DNA from: Octopus sinensis
Lineage: Eukaryota
DNA: 64,000 bases
NCBI RefSeq assembly: GCF_006345805.1
Contig: NC_043002.1
Span: 34,472,001 to 34,536,000, forward strand
Direction: 5' to 3'
A program made the position numbers and the translations under genes. Of the stretch, positions 29,542 through 42,945 are shown in pieces. The notes beneath the pieces were generated by a model. The model saw only the letters and a list, made by a program, of their open reading frames with translations, did no database searches and was not told the origin of the DNA. Each line of letters begins with the position of its first letter. Position 1 is the first letter of the stretch.

Positions 29542-30071
29542 ATGTATGTATGTATGTATGTATGTTGAACGAAGGGCTAAATATGAAATGCACGCGTGTC
29601 TGAATGTTGGCAGGACAAGCTAAGACTGTCAATAGCCGGCTTGATGTGTGTATGAATGCGTGTGGTCGACATATAACAAATTTTCAAGAGGAAACATACA
29701 CATTCATACAGCGATAACTTTCAAAAGTTATGGCCTGACAGTAGCGGTGTCTTATCTTCAAGAATTTAGGCTAAATGATAATTTTGCAACGTCAGTGTCT
29801 CGTGAGCAAATTGTTCACCGATCTACGGCAAACAGACAAATCACTGTTGTCATAATTTATACAAACTCAATTGAATAATTCATGTCAAATCGAGCTGGGT
29901 GGTTTGACAGATCCACATATTTCAATGGAGTCTTGGTGTCGGCTGCTAAACACAAACAAGTATGCACACACGCATTATGTGGGTGCGAACAGTAATGCAT
30001 GTATGTATATGTACGCACATATGTGTATGTGTAAGTGTTGGGATTTATGTATGGACGGGTATTTGTGTATG

Positions 30072-30137
<66 letters not shown>

Positions 30138-30290
30138 CAGGCCGACAGACAGACAGATAGGTAGGTAGGTAGGTAGGTAGGTAGGTAGGCAGGTAGGTAG
30201 GTAGGTAGGTAGGTAGGTAGGTAGGTAGGTAGGTAGGTAGGTAGGTGGGTGGTGTGTAGGTAGGCAGATAGGTAGGTAGATAAACATAAA
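30072..30290. repeat. Compound (GATA)n-(GACA)n-(GGTA)n microsatellite
   Basis: Direct reading. Confidence 0.96.
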
Positions 30291-30492
30291 TATTATATAC
30301 GTGTGTGTATGTGCGTATGTATTTTTTGTGTGCTATATATGTATATATGTATATATATGAATATATATGTACACACACATATATATATATATATAGATAG
30401 ATAGATAGATAGATATATAGCTATATGGATATATAGATATATACATATATATAGATATATAGCTATATATATATATATATATAGATATATAG

Positions 30493-30534
<42 letters not shown>

Positions 30535-30830
30535 GAATGTATGTATGTATGTATGTATGTATGTATGTATGTATGTATGTATGTATGTATGTATGTTCTT
30601 TTATTCTTTTACTTGTTTCAGTCATTTGACTGCGACCATGCTGGATCACCACCTGCCTTCAGTCGAGCAAATCGACACCAGGACTAATTCTTTGTAAGCG
30701 TAGTACTTATTCTATCGGTATCTTTGCCGAACCGTTAACTTACGGGGACGTAAACGCGCAAGCACCGGTTAACAAGTGATGTTGGTGGGGACAAACATAG
30801 ACACAAACATGTACGCACATATATACATGC

Positions 30831-30876
<46 letters not shown>

Positions 30877-31209
30877 TGTATGTATGTATGTATGTATATA
30901 TATACATACGTGGATATACCTGGGTTGCTTCCAGGCGCGCGGTTGCCCCACTGTTGTTGCCACAGTATCTCTCTAGGAGAAGGAAACTTTGAAAGAAAAC
31001 CTACGACACTGACAATACTCGATGATGTTGATTAGTTCTTCGAGTGCATGTTGTCCATGTTCAGAGAATGGGATTGGATTTGTGTAAATCCTTTCCCCAC
31101 TATAAAAGATGATGTACAGACATCGCTGGAAAAATTGTAAGACCTACGCATTTGTGGGACTTTCGATGAGGCGATGCCAATACTCGAACACGAGTTTGCA
31201 GCCGTCATC

Positions 31210-31242
<33 letters not shown>

Positions 31243-31549
31243 TGTATGTATATGCATATATATATGTATGTGTGTGTGTGTGTGTGTGTGGTGTGTGTGT
31301 GTGTGTGTGTAAAAGAATTTTTTGCGTAATAAGTTAAAAAACAAGCTGTATAGATATTAGAGCATTTATATATAGAAGGTCTTACAGCTATTTCTAGGAT
31401 ATTAATTAATATTCCTTCATCGGAGACGGTGTGAGAGGAAATATACATAAATGTATGTATGTATGTATGTATGTATGTATGTATGTATGTATGTATGCAT
31501 GTATGTATGTATATATGTATGTATGTATGTATGTATATGTATATGTATA

Positions 31550-31645
<96 letters not shown>

Positions 31646-31699
31646 TGTACATATTTATATGTGTGTGTATGTATGTATATATGTATGTGTGTATAGGGT

Positions 31700-32720
31700 T
31701 GAATTAATATTTAGTAGACATGCCCTTTGCATTTTCAATGCAAGGACCCTACTAGGCAAGCTACTGATCAGATTACGAATATTTTTCTTGCGGAACTTCT
31801 CGTCAAGTTTCATGCAGTAATCTCAAAAGACCTGGCTTTGAAGATGCTTTCTTGTTCTTTTTATAAAGTATCCTGTCCATTATGTCCCAGCGTTGTTCAA
31901 TAGGATTCATATCTGGTGACTGGCTTGGCCATAGAAACTTTTTAATGCCATTCTCAAATCACAACAAATCTTGAGTCATTTTAGCCGTGTGACAAGGAGC
32001 TTCATCTTCCATCAATAGTCTTCTTTAATCATTTCACTACTGGAGAAGATTGGAAGGAGTCCTTTCTGCAACGTGTACATATAGTTATCTGGGTTTATGT
32101 TTCCCTCATATTTCACCTGTTCAGATCAACCATTACTTCAAATTGCTCCCCACACCATCACAGAATAGCTGCCGTGTTCCATTGTTGGCTGCAATTTTTT
32201 CACATTAAATTCTTGATCACAGTGTTTTCAGACCTACACTCGACCACTTTCAGGAAATACAGGAAATCTGGACTCATCAGAGAATATGACAGTGTCCCAA
32301 AATGCTATTGGCTTCTCTACCATCTCACTAGCCCAGTCCTTTTCTCCGCTTGATGTGGCTGGTCGAAGAAGTGGCTTCCTTCTTGCTACTCTGCCATAGT
32401 AACCAAGTTTGTGGAGATACCTGACAACTGTTCTGGGACTGACATCAACTTGTTCTACTATGTCAGAGGCCTTGCAAAGAGGATTATCCTCCACACTTCT
32501 CGTAACAAAGAGAAGAGTCCTGTCAAGAGACCTAGTCAATCTGAACGAGGTGATGTGGACCCCTTCTCCTCTCTGGTGAATTGCACAATCATTCTATTAA
32601 CTATAGAAAGCGAGATCCCAAGGTTTTCTGCGATTTTACGCTACGCCCACCATACGGCCTCTTTGAAATTCAGACAATTCCAAGGTTTCTTTTCTACATA
32701 GCATGATTAAACAGTCACAT
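31700..32720 (-). mobile_element. Tc1-like transposase pseudogene
   Basis: ORF 32234-32539 ...ARRKPLL...WDTVIFSDES; further minus-strand MEDEAPCHT and WPSQSPDMNPIEQRW; TIRs not clearly seen. Confidence 0.88.
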
Positions 32721-32859
32721 ACATAATCTGAAACATAAAAATGTCAATTAATAAAAAATATAAATTTTTACAAGTTAGAATAAACATAACACGATGCTTT
32801 ATGCGGTGTCTATTTACTTCTGTCGTGTATGTGTGTATGCGTGTGTATGCGTGTGTGTA

Positions 32860-32894
<35 letters not shown>

Positions 32895-32896
32895 AC

Positions 32897-32932
<36 letters not shown>

Positions 32933-33118
32933 GCTAGCCACTACACATTCTTTATTTTCTCTCTTTGTTTCTTTCTGTGTTCCTTTCTGTGGAAAAGCGT
33001 AGGCTCAAAATGTTAATGACTTTTTCACTTCCCGAGCGTTATACTAATACATCTGTTTGTTGTCTACACCACCTGTCTTCGTCTTTTGTTTTTTTTGTTT
33101 TTTTTGTGAATTCTCCCA

Positions 33119-33179
<61 letters not shown>

Positions 33180-33744
33180 AAATTAATTAATTAATTAATA
33201 TTAATAATTTAACCATTATGTTAAAAGAACCATTATCGGTAAACTTATACAAATTTTTTTATAATTATGAGTATAATTATAATTAGGGTTCAGCAAAAAT
33301 TTGCTTCACCACATACCGAAATTTAGAAATAGCAGTTAAAAACTAACTATTTCACTACCATAAGAAAATCTCCGAGGTATTCTTAAGGAAGGAAGGAAGG
33401 CTCCCATTATACCATGAAACCTGTTCGCATTGAATTTCCTACCAAAATTAATTGTACCAGTAAGAGCAGTTGTCTTTGCAGAATTCTGTTTCCTGGAAAT
33501 ATCTAACTTCAGAGAGAAAGTTATTTTGTCAGTATGAAGAGGTCTCACAACGTTCTTGTAAAATGTTAGCAACTACGTCTGATGTTACATTCGCCAAATA
33601 TAATAATCACATTATCTATGTATGAGTATTAAACTGGGAGACTTTCCTATCAAAGCAGTTAGATTGATCTACGTCATACTATAACATGTCATTTTAAGAT
33701 ACCAATATCAGCAACCATGATATGAAGATTTTCACAACTTTATC

Positions 33745-34095
33745 TTTTATTTGTTTCAGTCAATGAACTACTGGGACATCACCATGCTGGGGCATCGCCA
33801 TACTGAGGCATCGCCATGAAGGTTATTTTAGTTGCACGAATTGATCCCACTCAGGTGCTTATTCTGTCGGTCCCTAAGTTACGGCGCAGGTAAACAAACC
33901 AACACTGACAAGTAGTGGTAAGGGACAAACATGCACATATACGCACATATATATACATATATATACACACACACATGTGTATGTATGATGGGTCTTTTTC
34001 AGTTTCCGTCAATAAATCCATTCACAAGACTTTGGTCGACCTGGAGCCATAGTAGAAGACACTTGTCCAAAGTGCCACGCACTGGGACTGAACTT
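33745..34095 (-). mobile_element. Bipartite SINE, minus strand, degenerate
   Basis: TTGTTTCAGTCA...ATGCTGGGGCA tail and GTGCCACGCACTGGGACTGAAC head. Confidence 0.75.
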
Positions 34096-34954
34096 ACCTG
34101 TAGTATTTGGAGTGGATGGTAGTTTCTTTTCTCAATGCTAGTGCTAAAAAAATGGGTCTGTCTTGAAATAAAATTTTATATATATATATTAATAAACAAG
34201 GATACAAAGTATTACCAACATTGCTAGAAATAGGAGTCAAAGAACCACGTGGTTTCAGAGACCCTTTAACATTTCGGGAAAGATTTCCCTTTTCAAATAG
34301 AAAAGAAAAAATCAAAGAGTTCAGAGAAATCTATTGCTACCAGCAGACCATTTTAGTGTGTTGTAACGAAAACCATTGATGGATTACTATATTTATAGTT
34401 CTGGTTGCTGATTAGGCAACTCGAAGTTGGAAAGTTCATTTAGCAACAGTGTATACGATATGTTTGTATGCGTGTCTGTGAGAGAGAGGAGGGAACGCGT
34501 GCTCAAGCAACGAGAAATTATCTAATATTCACAACGTTCGAAAATTCGAGCACTCTCAGCGATTTCATTCCTGGCTCTGTTCAGAGTCCAGCAAATAGCT
34601 GCTTATATTTATTAAGTCTAAAAACTGTTCTCCGACTCCGTACTACCGATTTCCTCCTCCACAAAATCGGGATAAGGGCGTCCTGTGTAAGAAATGAGCC
34701 CCGCCAGGTGGAGTGGCTGCTGCAGCGAGTGTAGCTGGCCTTTCCGCGGCAACGCCATTGAAGTCGTTACCGTGGGCCACTGTTGGGCACAGCATCTGTC
34801 CCAGGGTATGTAGCCCATTGCCTCCTCCCCTCCATCTTCTGCTGCTTTGTCCGCCCCTTTTTTCTTTCTTTTCCTTTTTATCTTACCTTTGTTTTTCTTT
34901 GTATTTAAATGTTGTGTAATTGACTACAGAAATAATAAGAACTAAACAATAAAA

Positions 34955-35134
34955 CAATTGCAGTGTGGAAGGTGTTTATAAGCCATTTAAGAAACACAAA
35001 AAACGTTAGATTCACTTCAACATTTAAATTTAATTTGTCACAATATTTTCGTCGCTTTGAGACCGCGACCTATTCACAGACAAAACTTCGAGTGTTTCTT
35101 AAATGGCTTATAAACACCTTCCACGCTGCAATTG
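34955..35134. mobile_element. MITE-like element with 43-bp TIRs
   Basis: CAATTGCAGTGTGGAAGGTGTTTATAAGCCATTTAAGAAACAC (34955-34997) vs 35092-35134, 42/43 identical; one-ended relative at ~41003-41200. Confidence 0.8.
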
Positions 35135-35614
35135 CTTTCGTTCCAGCACACGATTTCAGATCAAGTCATTCGCTATGCAAGTACATCTCCGTAAACAATA
35201 AAAATAAACCATAAATAATTTTTTTTTAAACCATAGCAACAATAATATAAAAAGACAAAAAGCAATGTCTTTACAGAGTTTTGATGTGAAATAAAAGAAA
35301 GAATACAACCTAAGGAAACTGTAATCTCTGAAGATTTTATTAAGAATAATGATCAGTCTGCATACCTCAGCAGGTAAAGCATGTGATATGGCATGGCATT
35401 TCAGAAGTGAACGAATATATTAAAATATAATACCTTGATATCCGAAAGAATCAAAATTTTGATTATCACAATGTGATTAAGTAAGATAATAGATATCAAA
35501 ACCATAATAAACTTTATACAACAATCATTTCAATCCACAGCAATTTTTCAATTGTTGATTATCGCTAAGTCCAATATGATTAATATATCTAAAATTTGGC
35601 TCTGCATCACGTCA

Positions 35615-35706
35615 GCCCGCATAGCTCAGTCGGTAGAGCATCAGACTTTTATGTAGTGTCGATTGATGAAATCTGAGGGTCGCGGGTTCAAGTCCCTCTG
35701 CGGGCG
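35615..35706 (+). tRNA. tRNA-Lys(UUU) with 19-nt intron (35652-35670), isolated copy 1, structurally intact
   Basis: GCCCGCATAGCTCAGTCGGTAGAGCATCAGACTTTTA-[TGTAGTGTCGATTGATGAA]-ATCTGAGGGTCGCGGGTTCAAGTCCCTCTGCGGGCG; 7-bp acceptor stem, A and B boxes, anticodon TTT, T6 terminator at 35713-35718. Confidence 0.93.
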
Positions 35707-36303
35707 ATAAAGTTTTTTATTGCAATTCCTTTTTTTCTTTTTTCGTAGTCGAACAAATTTTCACCTTGATAATGTTACAATTGTCATTCAAAATTCTTTT
35801 GCGTCGTTATATTTCCATTGTGATTCAGTCTATTGGTGTATCAGTCCCACCATACAATGTCACGTCATCATCAAATCAGAAAACGTAATTATCATTGCTA
35901 CATGTAAATTAAATGATTGTCCCGCCCTCTGAAGCAGCTCTGTATCGCATACTGCTATTTCCATCGACAGAGAAACATTTATTTACGGTGTGCTAGATTT
36001 ATCTCGATCACATAAGAATTGCACAAACTCTGTCTTACTTTCATTTTATTTCCAAAAGTGTCATAATTTCGTTGCACCACTGTGATATCATTAACGGAGT
36101 CCTTCTGAAGCTGATTAAAATTTAGGTAATAGAAACATATTTCTGATCTTAACTCTATTTATCTGTTCTATACCTGTTGATTAGCCTTAACACCTTGATA
36201 TTGGTTATTAGTTGCTTCCAGCTTCCATTATTATCTTCATTTTCAACTTTGTATATATACATTCATACATACATATGTGTATGTGTGTGTATGTATGTAT
36301 AAG

Positions 36304-36472
36304 CGCAGGCGTGGTTGTTGAGTAAGATGCTTGCTTGCCAACCAAATTGTTTCGTATTCAGTCCCACTGCGTGGCACCTGGAGGCAAATGTCTTCCACTA
36401 TAACCTCAGGCGGGCCATAGCCTTGTGAACCTTGAGTGGATTTGGTAGACGGAAACCGAAAGAAGCTCGTCG

Positions 36473-36533
<61 letters not shown>

Positions 36534-36801
36534 GTATGTATGTATGTATGTATGTATGCATGCATGCATGTATGTATGCATGTATGTATACTTGTGAGTG
36601 TCTTTGTGTTTGTGATTGTCCCCTACCACTGCTTGACAACCGGTGTTGGTGTGTTTAAGTTCCCGTATCTAGCGGTTCAGCAGAAGTGACCGATATGATA
36701 GGTACCAGGCTTTAAGAAACAGTCCTGGCGTCGATTCATTCGACCAAAACCCTTCAAGGCGGTGCTCCAGCATGGCCACAGTCAAATGACAGAAACAAGT
36801 A

Positions 36802-36805
<4 letters not shown>
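36304..36805 (+). mobile_element. Bipartite SINE, near full length
   Basis: GCGCAGGCGTGG...CAGTCCCACTGCGTGGCACC head, (TA)n/(TATG)n centre, tail ending GAAACAAGTAAAAG. Confidence 0.85.
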
Positions 36806-36833
<28 letters not shown>

Positions 36834-36838
<5 letters not shown>

Positions 36839-39417
36839 GCGACTACAGGTCATCCGCGTCACTCGGGCTCATCACAGATTTTGCATAAGACACATGTATA
36901 AAAGAAAGAAAGAAGCATAAAGCACACCGCAGAGTTATATGTACACTGATAATTTAACAATAAGACCGAAATATAGTTTTGATATAAAAATTACTCACTT
37001 CATTTATATATGAACTCCAGTCGTCTTGGTTTGATGGCGAACTCGTGTCATGCAGCTCCTTCTTGTTGCCCACGTCGTTCAAAATGCTTTTCTCGATAGA
37101 AATCCGAGCCAAACTTAACGTCTAGTAATTTTTTTAAATGCATCCTCTTGAATGCCAGAACATCTCTCTCGTAAGGACATCAGAACGATATCAATTATTT
37201 CAAAATAGGTAATTTTGTAATTAATTTGTGCACCTCTGACTCATTTTCTAAGAGATGGATCAGACTCATCTGCCTGTTCAATGACAGCAGCTGTATTGCG
37301 CAGAATGTTTTCATAATGTTCGTCCATACGATAACCTTCAGCACAATGAATGGAGTCGCTTAGTTTACTCTGACCATGCTTTATATCGAGTAGCTTACAC
37401 TGCAGGATATCAAAGATTTTTCCAGCCTGAGAAAGTATGTTATGAAAGCAACTGATGAAAAACACGAATGTGAAATCATTCAACTTCGCCAAATGATTGT
37501 CTGTTTGACAAAGTGTATTTTCATCCCACTTTTCACTAGAGCATAGAATACTTGTGAAGACATTTTTCGAGTTTTCATGCAATAGTTTTATGGAGGACTC
37601 AGTTCTTGATCTATAGCACCATCTTGTCTCGCACAGTGATGGAATACTGACATTAAGCTGCCTGAAAACGTTTTTCCGCTTAGTACTGGAAGATGTAAAT
37701 TTACTAAATGCGCGTAAATGAGAAAAAAAACATATTTATTCCACTCACCTTCTCGGCACTTTTACTCAAGACTAAGTTAAGCTTATGCGCATATCAGTGA
37801 ATGAAGTGCGCGTGTTTAAATCCTTTATCCTTTAGCTAGCTCTGTATTCCGTTTAGCGTTCCTGTCATTACAGCTGCCCCGTCGTAAGTCTGACTCACTA
37901 ATTTATCGGTAGCATGACTGAAGGAGTTCAACGCAGTTGCGATCACATCAGCCAGTCTTGTGGCACTTTTATCAACACTGACTTCATAGGATCCAAGAAA
38001 TCGTTCACATGTTTTGTCTTCATATGCATATCTTATTATGATCGATAGTTGGACATGCATTGCAGAGTCTGTAGTTTCGTCGGCTTGTACAGACATGAAC
38101 GGAGCTTTATCAACTTCGCTTCTAATTTCATCAGAGATGACATTTCCAATCGCTTGTATTGGGTCATTTTGTATTGTGCTTGAGACTCCTGAGAACTGTT
38201 TCGACTCCTCTTTAGTAGAAAGTCAAGAAGCAAACACGTTGTCGACTTCAACAAAACACTGAAATCGTTCACGGTAACTTCCTCTATTAAGGCTGTCACT
38301 TCCTTTGTCATGTCTACATAACGGCAACTCTTATTTACACAGGTATAACATTGCATTTGTTAACTGCTTTAAATAATGTCTATTTTCTTCATGCCGTTCT
38401 TTTTCCAGTTTGGCAGACTCACTAATTGCTGTCACAATATCGTACAGTCCGAAAGTTTTCAAGCTTTTTTAACTACTTAAATGATTCACTGATATACTGT
38501 GGTGCTTACAGTCACTCAGGATGTTTTGATAATTATCCTAACTTTCACCTGTCCATGACTGATTAGCTTTTGGTTGAAACAACAAGCATAGCCAGCAGTA
38601 GAGTTTCTCCGTGACGCTACTTGCACAAAGCCAATCAATCTGTTCATACCATTTTATCTGAAATGTTCAAGTTCCAACTTTGGTTTTCGATGAAGGATTC
38701 GGCCTGCCTGCTCAAAGAATTTCACGTTTTCTGCAATATTTCTAGCGTCAAATGGTTTATTTTTTATATCTAGCACTATGTCTTTCTCTATTTCTAAGTT
38801 AAGGTTAAAAATAAGACAACCCTGCAAAACACACAGACGCCCAGAATAACAGCAATCAAATAATGACAGCGGAGTGCACAACAAACATCAGCGATCTGAC
38901 TGTTGCCAGTACTCTTGACAAGGGATTCCAGTTAGTCTTCTAAACCTACCAGGCTCGTTCGTAAAAGCCCGAGTTGCTGGATAATTTATCGTTCCTTTCA
39001 GAATATTGTAGAACGGAAACTTTTCGTAAATTGGAATCTAAATCCTAATCTCCATAGAAATTTATTGTTTCAAGAAAACATTGAATTTGAATTACTTTTA
39101 ACTTTTACGATTATAGATAACAACTCGGGCTGTAACTTCTGAGCCCGAGTCGGGCGCATGTGAAAGATGTCGAGAAAACGTCTGCTACGAATTTTTTGAC
39201 ACCGAGCACCTCTAAGACGACCGCTAGACGCTGAACAAAATATAAATGAACTACGACCCGGCTCAATAAAAGGAGCCCGAGTTGTTGGCTGCAATTACTT
39301 GCATATAGTCAGTGTTGGGAAAAATTAAATCAGTTTGCAAATATGCGTTCACTTAATGCTTTGTTAAATTTATACTCGGGCTAAGCCCGAACAGCCTGAG
39401 TGCCGGAGTCGCCACTG
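36834..39417 (-). mobile_element. hAT-superfamily transposon (DUF4371/ZMYM1-like transposase, degenerate) with both TIRs
   Basis: Ends CAGAGGCGACTAC / GGAGTCGCCACTG; 8-bp flanks ATATATAT vs ACATATAT; ORF 37836-38096 SVQADETTDS...QLSIIIRY...ERFLG...SQTYDGAAVM is hAT catalytic-like. Confidence 0.85.
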
Positions 39418-39426
39418 ACATATATA

Positions 39427-40990
39427 CAGTGGGGGAAATAAATATTCATACATGTCAAAATTATTTATTTATTTAATTTCTAATGAACATAAATGGGATA
39501 TACCAATACTATATTTGCATACACATGCATAAACTAAGAATATGCAAAAGAAACTAATAAATTATAGTAGCTAAGGAATTTATATACAATTATAAATATT
39601 TAGCGGTGAAAAAAGTATTCGTAAAGAACATAAATAACTGATACTATTGATTTAATACTTCGTAGCATAACTATTATTCAGTTCCACTTCAACCTATCTC
39701 TTCTTGTAGTTCTTAATCAATGACTCACATGTTTCTTAAGGAATTTTTTCCCATTCTTCTTGACAAATTTTCTTCAAATCTGCAATGCACGTTGGGGCTC
39801 TTGAATGAATTTTAATTTTCAAATAACGCCACAAATTTTCAATGGGGTTCAAGTCAGGTGACTGGTTTGGCCATTCTAATAATTTTATATTGTAATCGAC
39901 AATCCATTTTTGGTAGACTTCGCCGCATGCTTAGGCTGTTGTAAAACCCACACTTCACAAATCTGGAGTTTTTCTACAGAGTTCCATAAATTATTGTTCA
40001 AAATATTTTGGTACATCTCTGCAGTCATTCTACCATCTATCACATGTAAATTGCCAGGACCATTTTCAGAGAAACACCCCCACACCATGATGTTGCCACC
40101 TCCAAACTTTACGGTAGGAATTGTGTTTCTCGACGAATAGGCAGTACCATCTTTCCTCTAAACATGGCTACGCAAATTTCGTCCAAACAATTCAATTTTC
40201 GACTCGTCTGTCTATAGAACATTTTCCCAGAATGTATCAGATTTATCTTTATGTTCATAAACAAATTTTAAACGGGCATCTCTATGCCTTTTAGTCAACA
40301 GCGGAGTTTTTCTAGGAGAGTGTGACTTCAGTTCATTCCTATGAAGTTCATTGCTGATTGTTCGTAGTGTAACACTAGTCCCTGAAGCTAACAAATCTTC
40401 TAGCAACTCCTTTCTGGTGATCATAGCATTTTATTTCGATTCTTCGATTCATTTTTCTTAAAGCTCTAGGGGAAATCTTGCATGGTGCACTGGATCTTAT
40501 TCAGTACCTGATTTTTTATATCCTTGAATAAATGAACATATGGAAGAAAATGGAATACAAAGGGTCTCTGGTATTTTCCTGTAACTTTTACCTGCTTTCC
40601 AGTGTTCAATAATTAAGTTTTTCACTTAGTTTGTAAGTTCTTTATTTTTTACCATTATTACGATACTACTTTATGTTGTCTCAGTGTTGAATGAAGAAGC
40701 TAGCGTTTTGACACTTAGAAATGACAACTGGAACAACTGAAAAAGTTCAAGTAAAAAAAATATTATTTTAACAGAATTTTGTGGCATAGAAAATCGTAAA
40801 TTTATTCTGTATGAATACTTTTTTCACCCCTAAATATTTATAATTGTATATAAATTCCTTAGTTACTATAATTTATTAGTTTCTTTTGCACGTGTATGCA
40901 AATATAGTATTGGTATATCCCATTTATGTTCATTAGAAATTAAATAAATAAATAATTTTGACATGTACGAATATTTATTTCCCCCCACTG
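39427..40990 (-). mobile_element. Tc1-family DNA transposon with ~200-bp TIRs and TA target duplication; transposase disrupted
   Basis: TA|CAGTGGGGGAAATAAATATTC ... GAATATTTATTCCCCCCACTG|TA; minus-strand fragments SPRKTPLL, DESKIELFG, MVWGCFS and WPNQSPDLNPIENLW (Tc1 DDE motifs). Confidence 0.93.
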
Positions 40991-42519
40991 TATATATATA
41001 TAAACAATTGCAGTCTGGAGGATATTTGTAAGCCATTCAAGAACACACAAAAACCATTAGTTTCACTTCAACACTTAATTTTCATTTGCGTCAACATATT
41101 TTCGTCGCTTTGAAACCGCGACCCGTTCACTGACAAAACTTGGTGCTGCAATTGTTTTTGTTTCAGTGCGCGATCTTAGATCAAGTCACTTTTGTACAGG
41201 TGTCAAGACATTATGGCCATTTCAAGCGGCTCCATTTAATTTATCAAAGAAAACATTACGTCAATTTGAAAGAAACCGCTCTCTTCAGAAGCAGATGACC
41301 ATATAGATTTAATACATAGAGGATAAACCATTTTTAACAAATTTACATCAATAATAGAAACTTTGTTTCGTTATGTTATATCTGTGACAGAGTGAGTGAC
41401 TCATATATATCATATATATACATATGATTGATTGATTCTAGTTTCAGCTTATGAGCTGTGGCCATGCTGGGGCACCGCCATATACATATATATATATACA
41501 TATATATATATTTACTAGTTTTATTTTGTCTTTTTGTCTTCTCTCCTTGTGCTGTATGGGCATTTAATGTGGTTTTAGAGTCATATCATGGCTGCTATTT
41601 TCAGCATAGAGGTATCTCTTAGATACCCTAAATTATAATTTTAATAATAATTATTACCTTTGAAGGTTTTTATTTCCATGCTGGCTACTTGATAAGATCG
41701 TTATTTAATTTAAATTAGCGATCTTGTACTTTTATATATGTATATATATTTTCATTTCTAACCCCACATTCTGTCATTTTCTTTTCTTTTCTTTTACCTC
41801 CACTTCACCCCATGTCATGAAAGAGATAAATATGAAGCCCCATTAGTTATATATAAATTTAAAATATCTATGTTTCATTCATTTCGTGATTCAAGTCTAT
41901 AAAGAACAGATTCTTGCTATCTAGGTTAATTCACATTAGATAGCCACATGTAGAAAACTTTGTCTATACTGTCTATTCACTCCTTTCTGTACACCTGTAT
42001 ATCTGATATCCTTTTTAGACAAGTTTAAAATAAGTGTAGAATGTATAATTAAAGTTCATATTAGCTATCCCCTACAGTTTCTATTAAATGTGTATCTGAT
42101 TTTCATTCTTCACAAAAAATAGCCACATACAACAACGTTTCATTTTAAGATACCAATATGAACAACCAGTATTTAAATATAGTAATCCCTAGCTTTCTAT
42201 ACATCATCATCATCTTAGTTACAAATTAAATATCTCTGTTCCAATTTAATCTACATTATAAAGATTTTTCACAGCCTTCAAGCGTATTTATATCACAACG
42301 ACTGCCTACAAAATATTGATGGATTTGCTCTGAAATATGCGACAGTACGAAATGTTTCTTTAGGATATGAATTATGAGAGTTGAATGAATTAAGACGTGA
42401 TGCATCAGAAGTGAACGAATATTTTAGATATAAAGTAATGAGTGAAATAAAATATTAATTATCACTATATGGTAAAGTAAGATATCAAATATCAAAGACA
42501 TGTCCACTTTATGCACTTT

Positions 42520-42945
42520 ATAAAAAGAGTATCACCGAGGCCTTTTTCCGGTGACTCGTTAAAAGGAAGACTGGGCATGCCGTGGTTAATGATGCGCAGA
42601 CACGGGCTGAGACTGCGACATCTCCGGCTCTACGTAGACGATGGTGAACAGGTGTGGTCGCCGTTTGTGAGGCACGCTTTCCTGCAGCTCGTCTCCATGA
42701 CCGAACTACAGTCGTGGATCAAAAAGAGGCCGAGGAAGGGCGAATGGCACCGCGAGTGTCGCGTTGCTCTCAAGCAACTATGCCGTCCCGGGTCGACCTT
42801 GAGCGACTTCAACACAACCAAAGCATTCTATAGGAGATTAGTGGAGGGGAGGTACGACAACGATCTCGAGGCGAACCTGGGTGTCGACGAGGAATACCTG
42901 ACTCGCCTGTTCAAGACGACTTTCGGGCCGAAACCTGCAGCGAAA
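42520..42945 (+). mobile_element. GC-rich L1/Tx1-like ORF2 fragment
   Basis: Abrupt GC-rich island in the 5' half of ORF 42511-43356 (GLGMPWL...QVWSPFVRHAF...KAFYRRLVE); the 3' half of that ORF is unrelated AT-rich read-through. Confidence 0.6.

Noticed and set aside
34357-34663. Possible solo LTR (TG...CA, AATAAA on the minus strand)
   Set aside because: No target-site duplication for any plausible end and no second copy in the window
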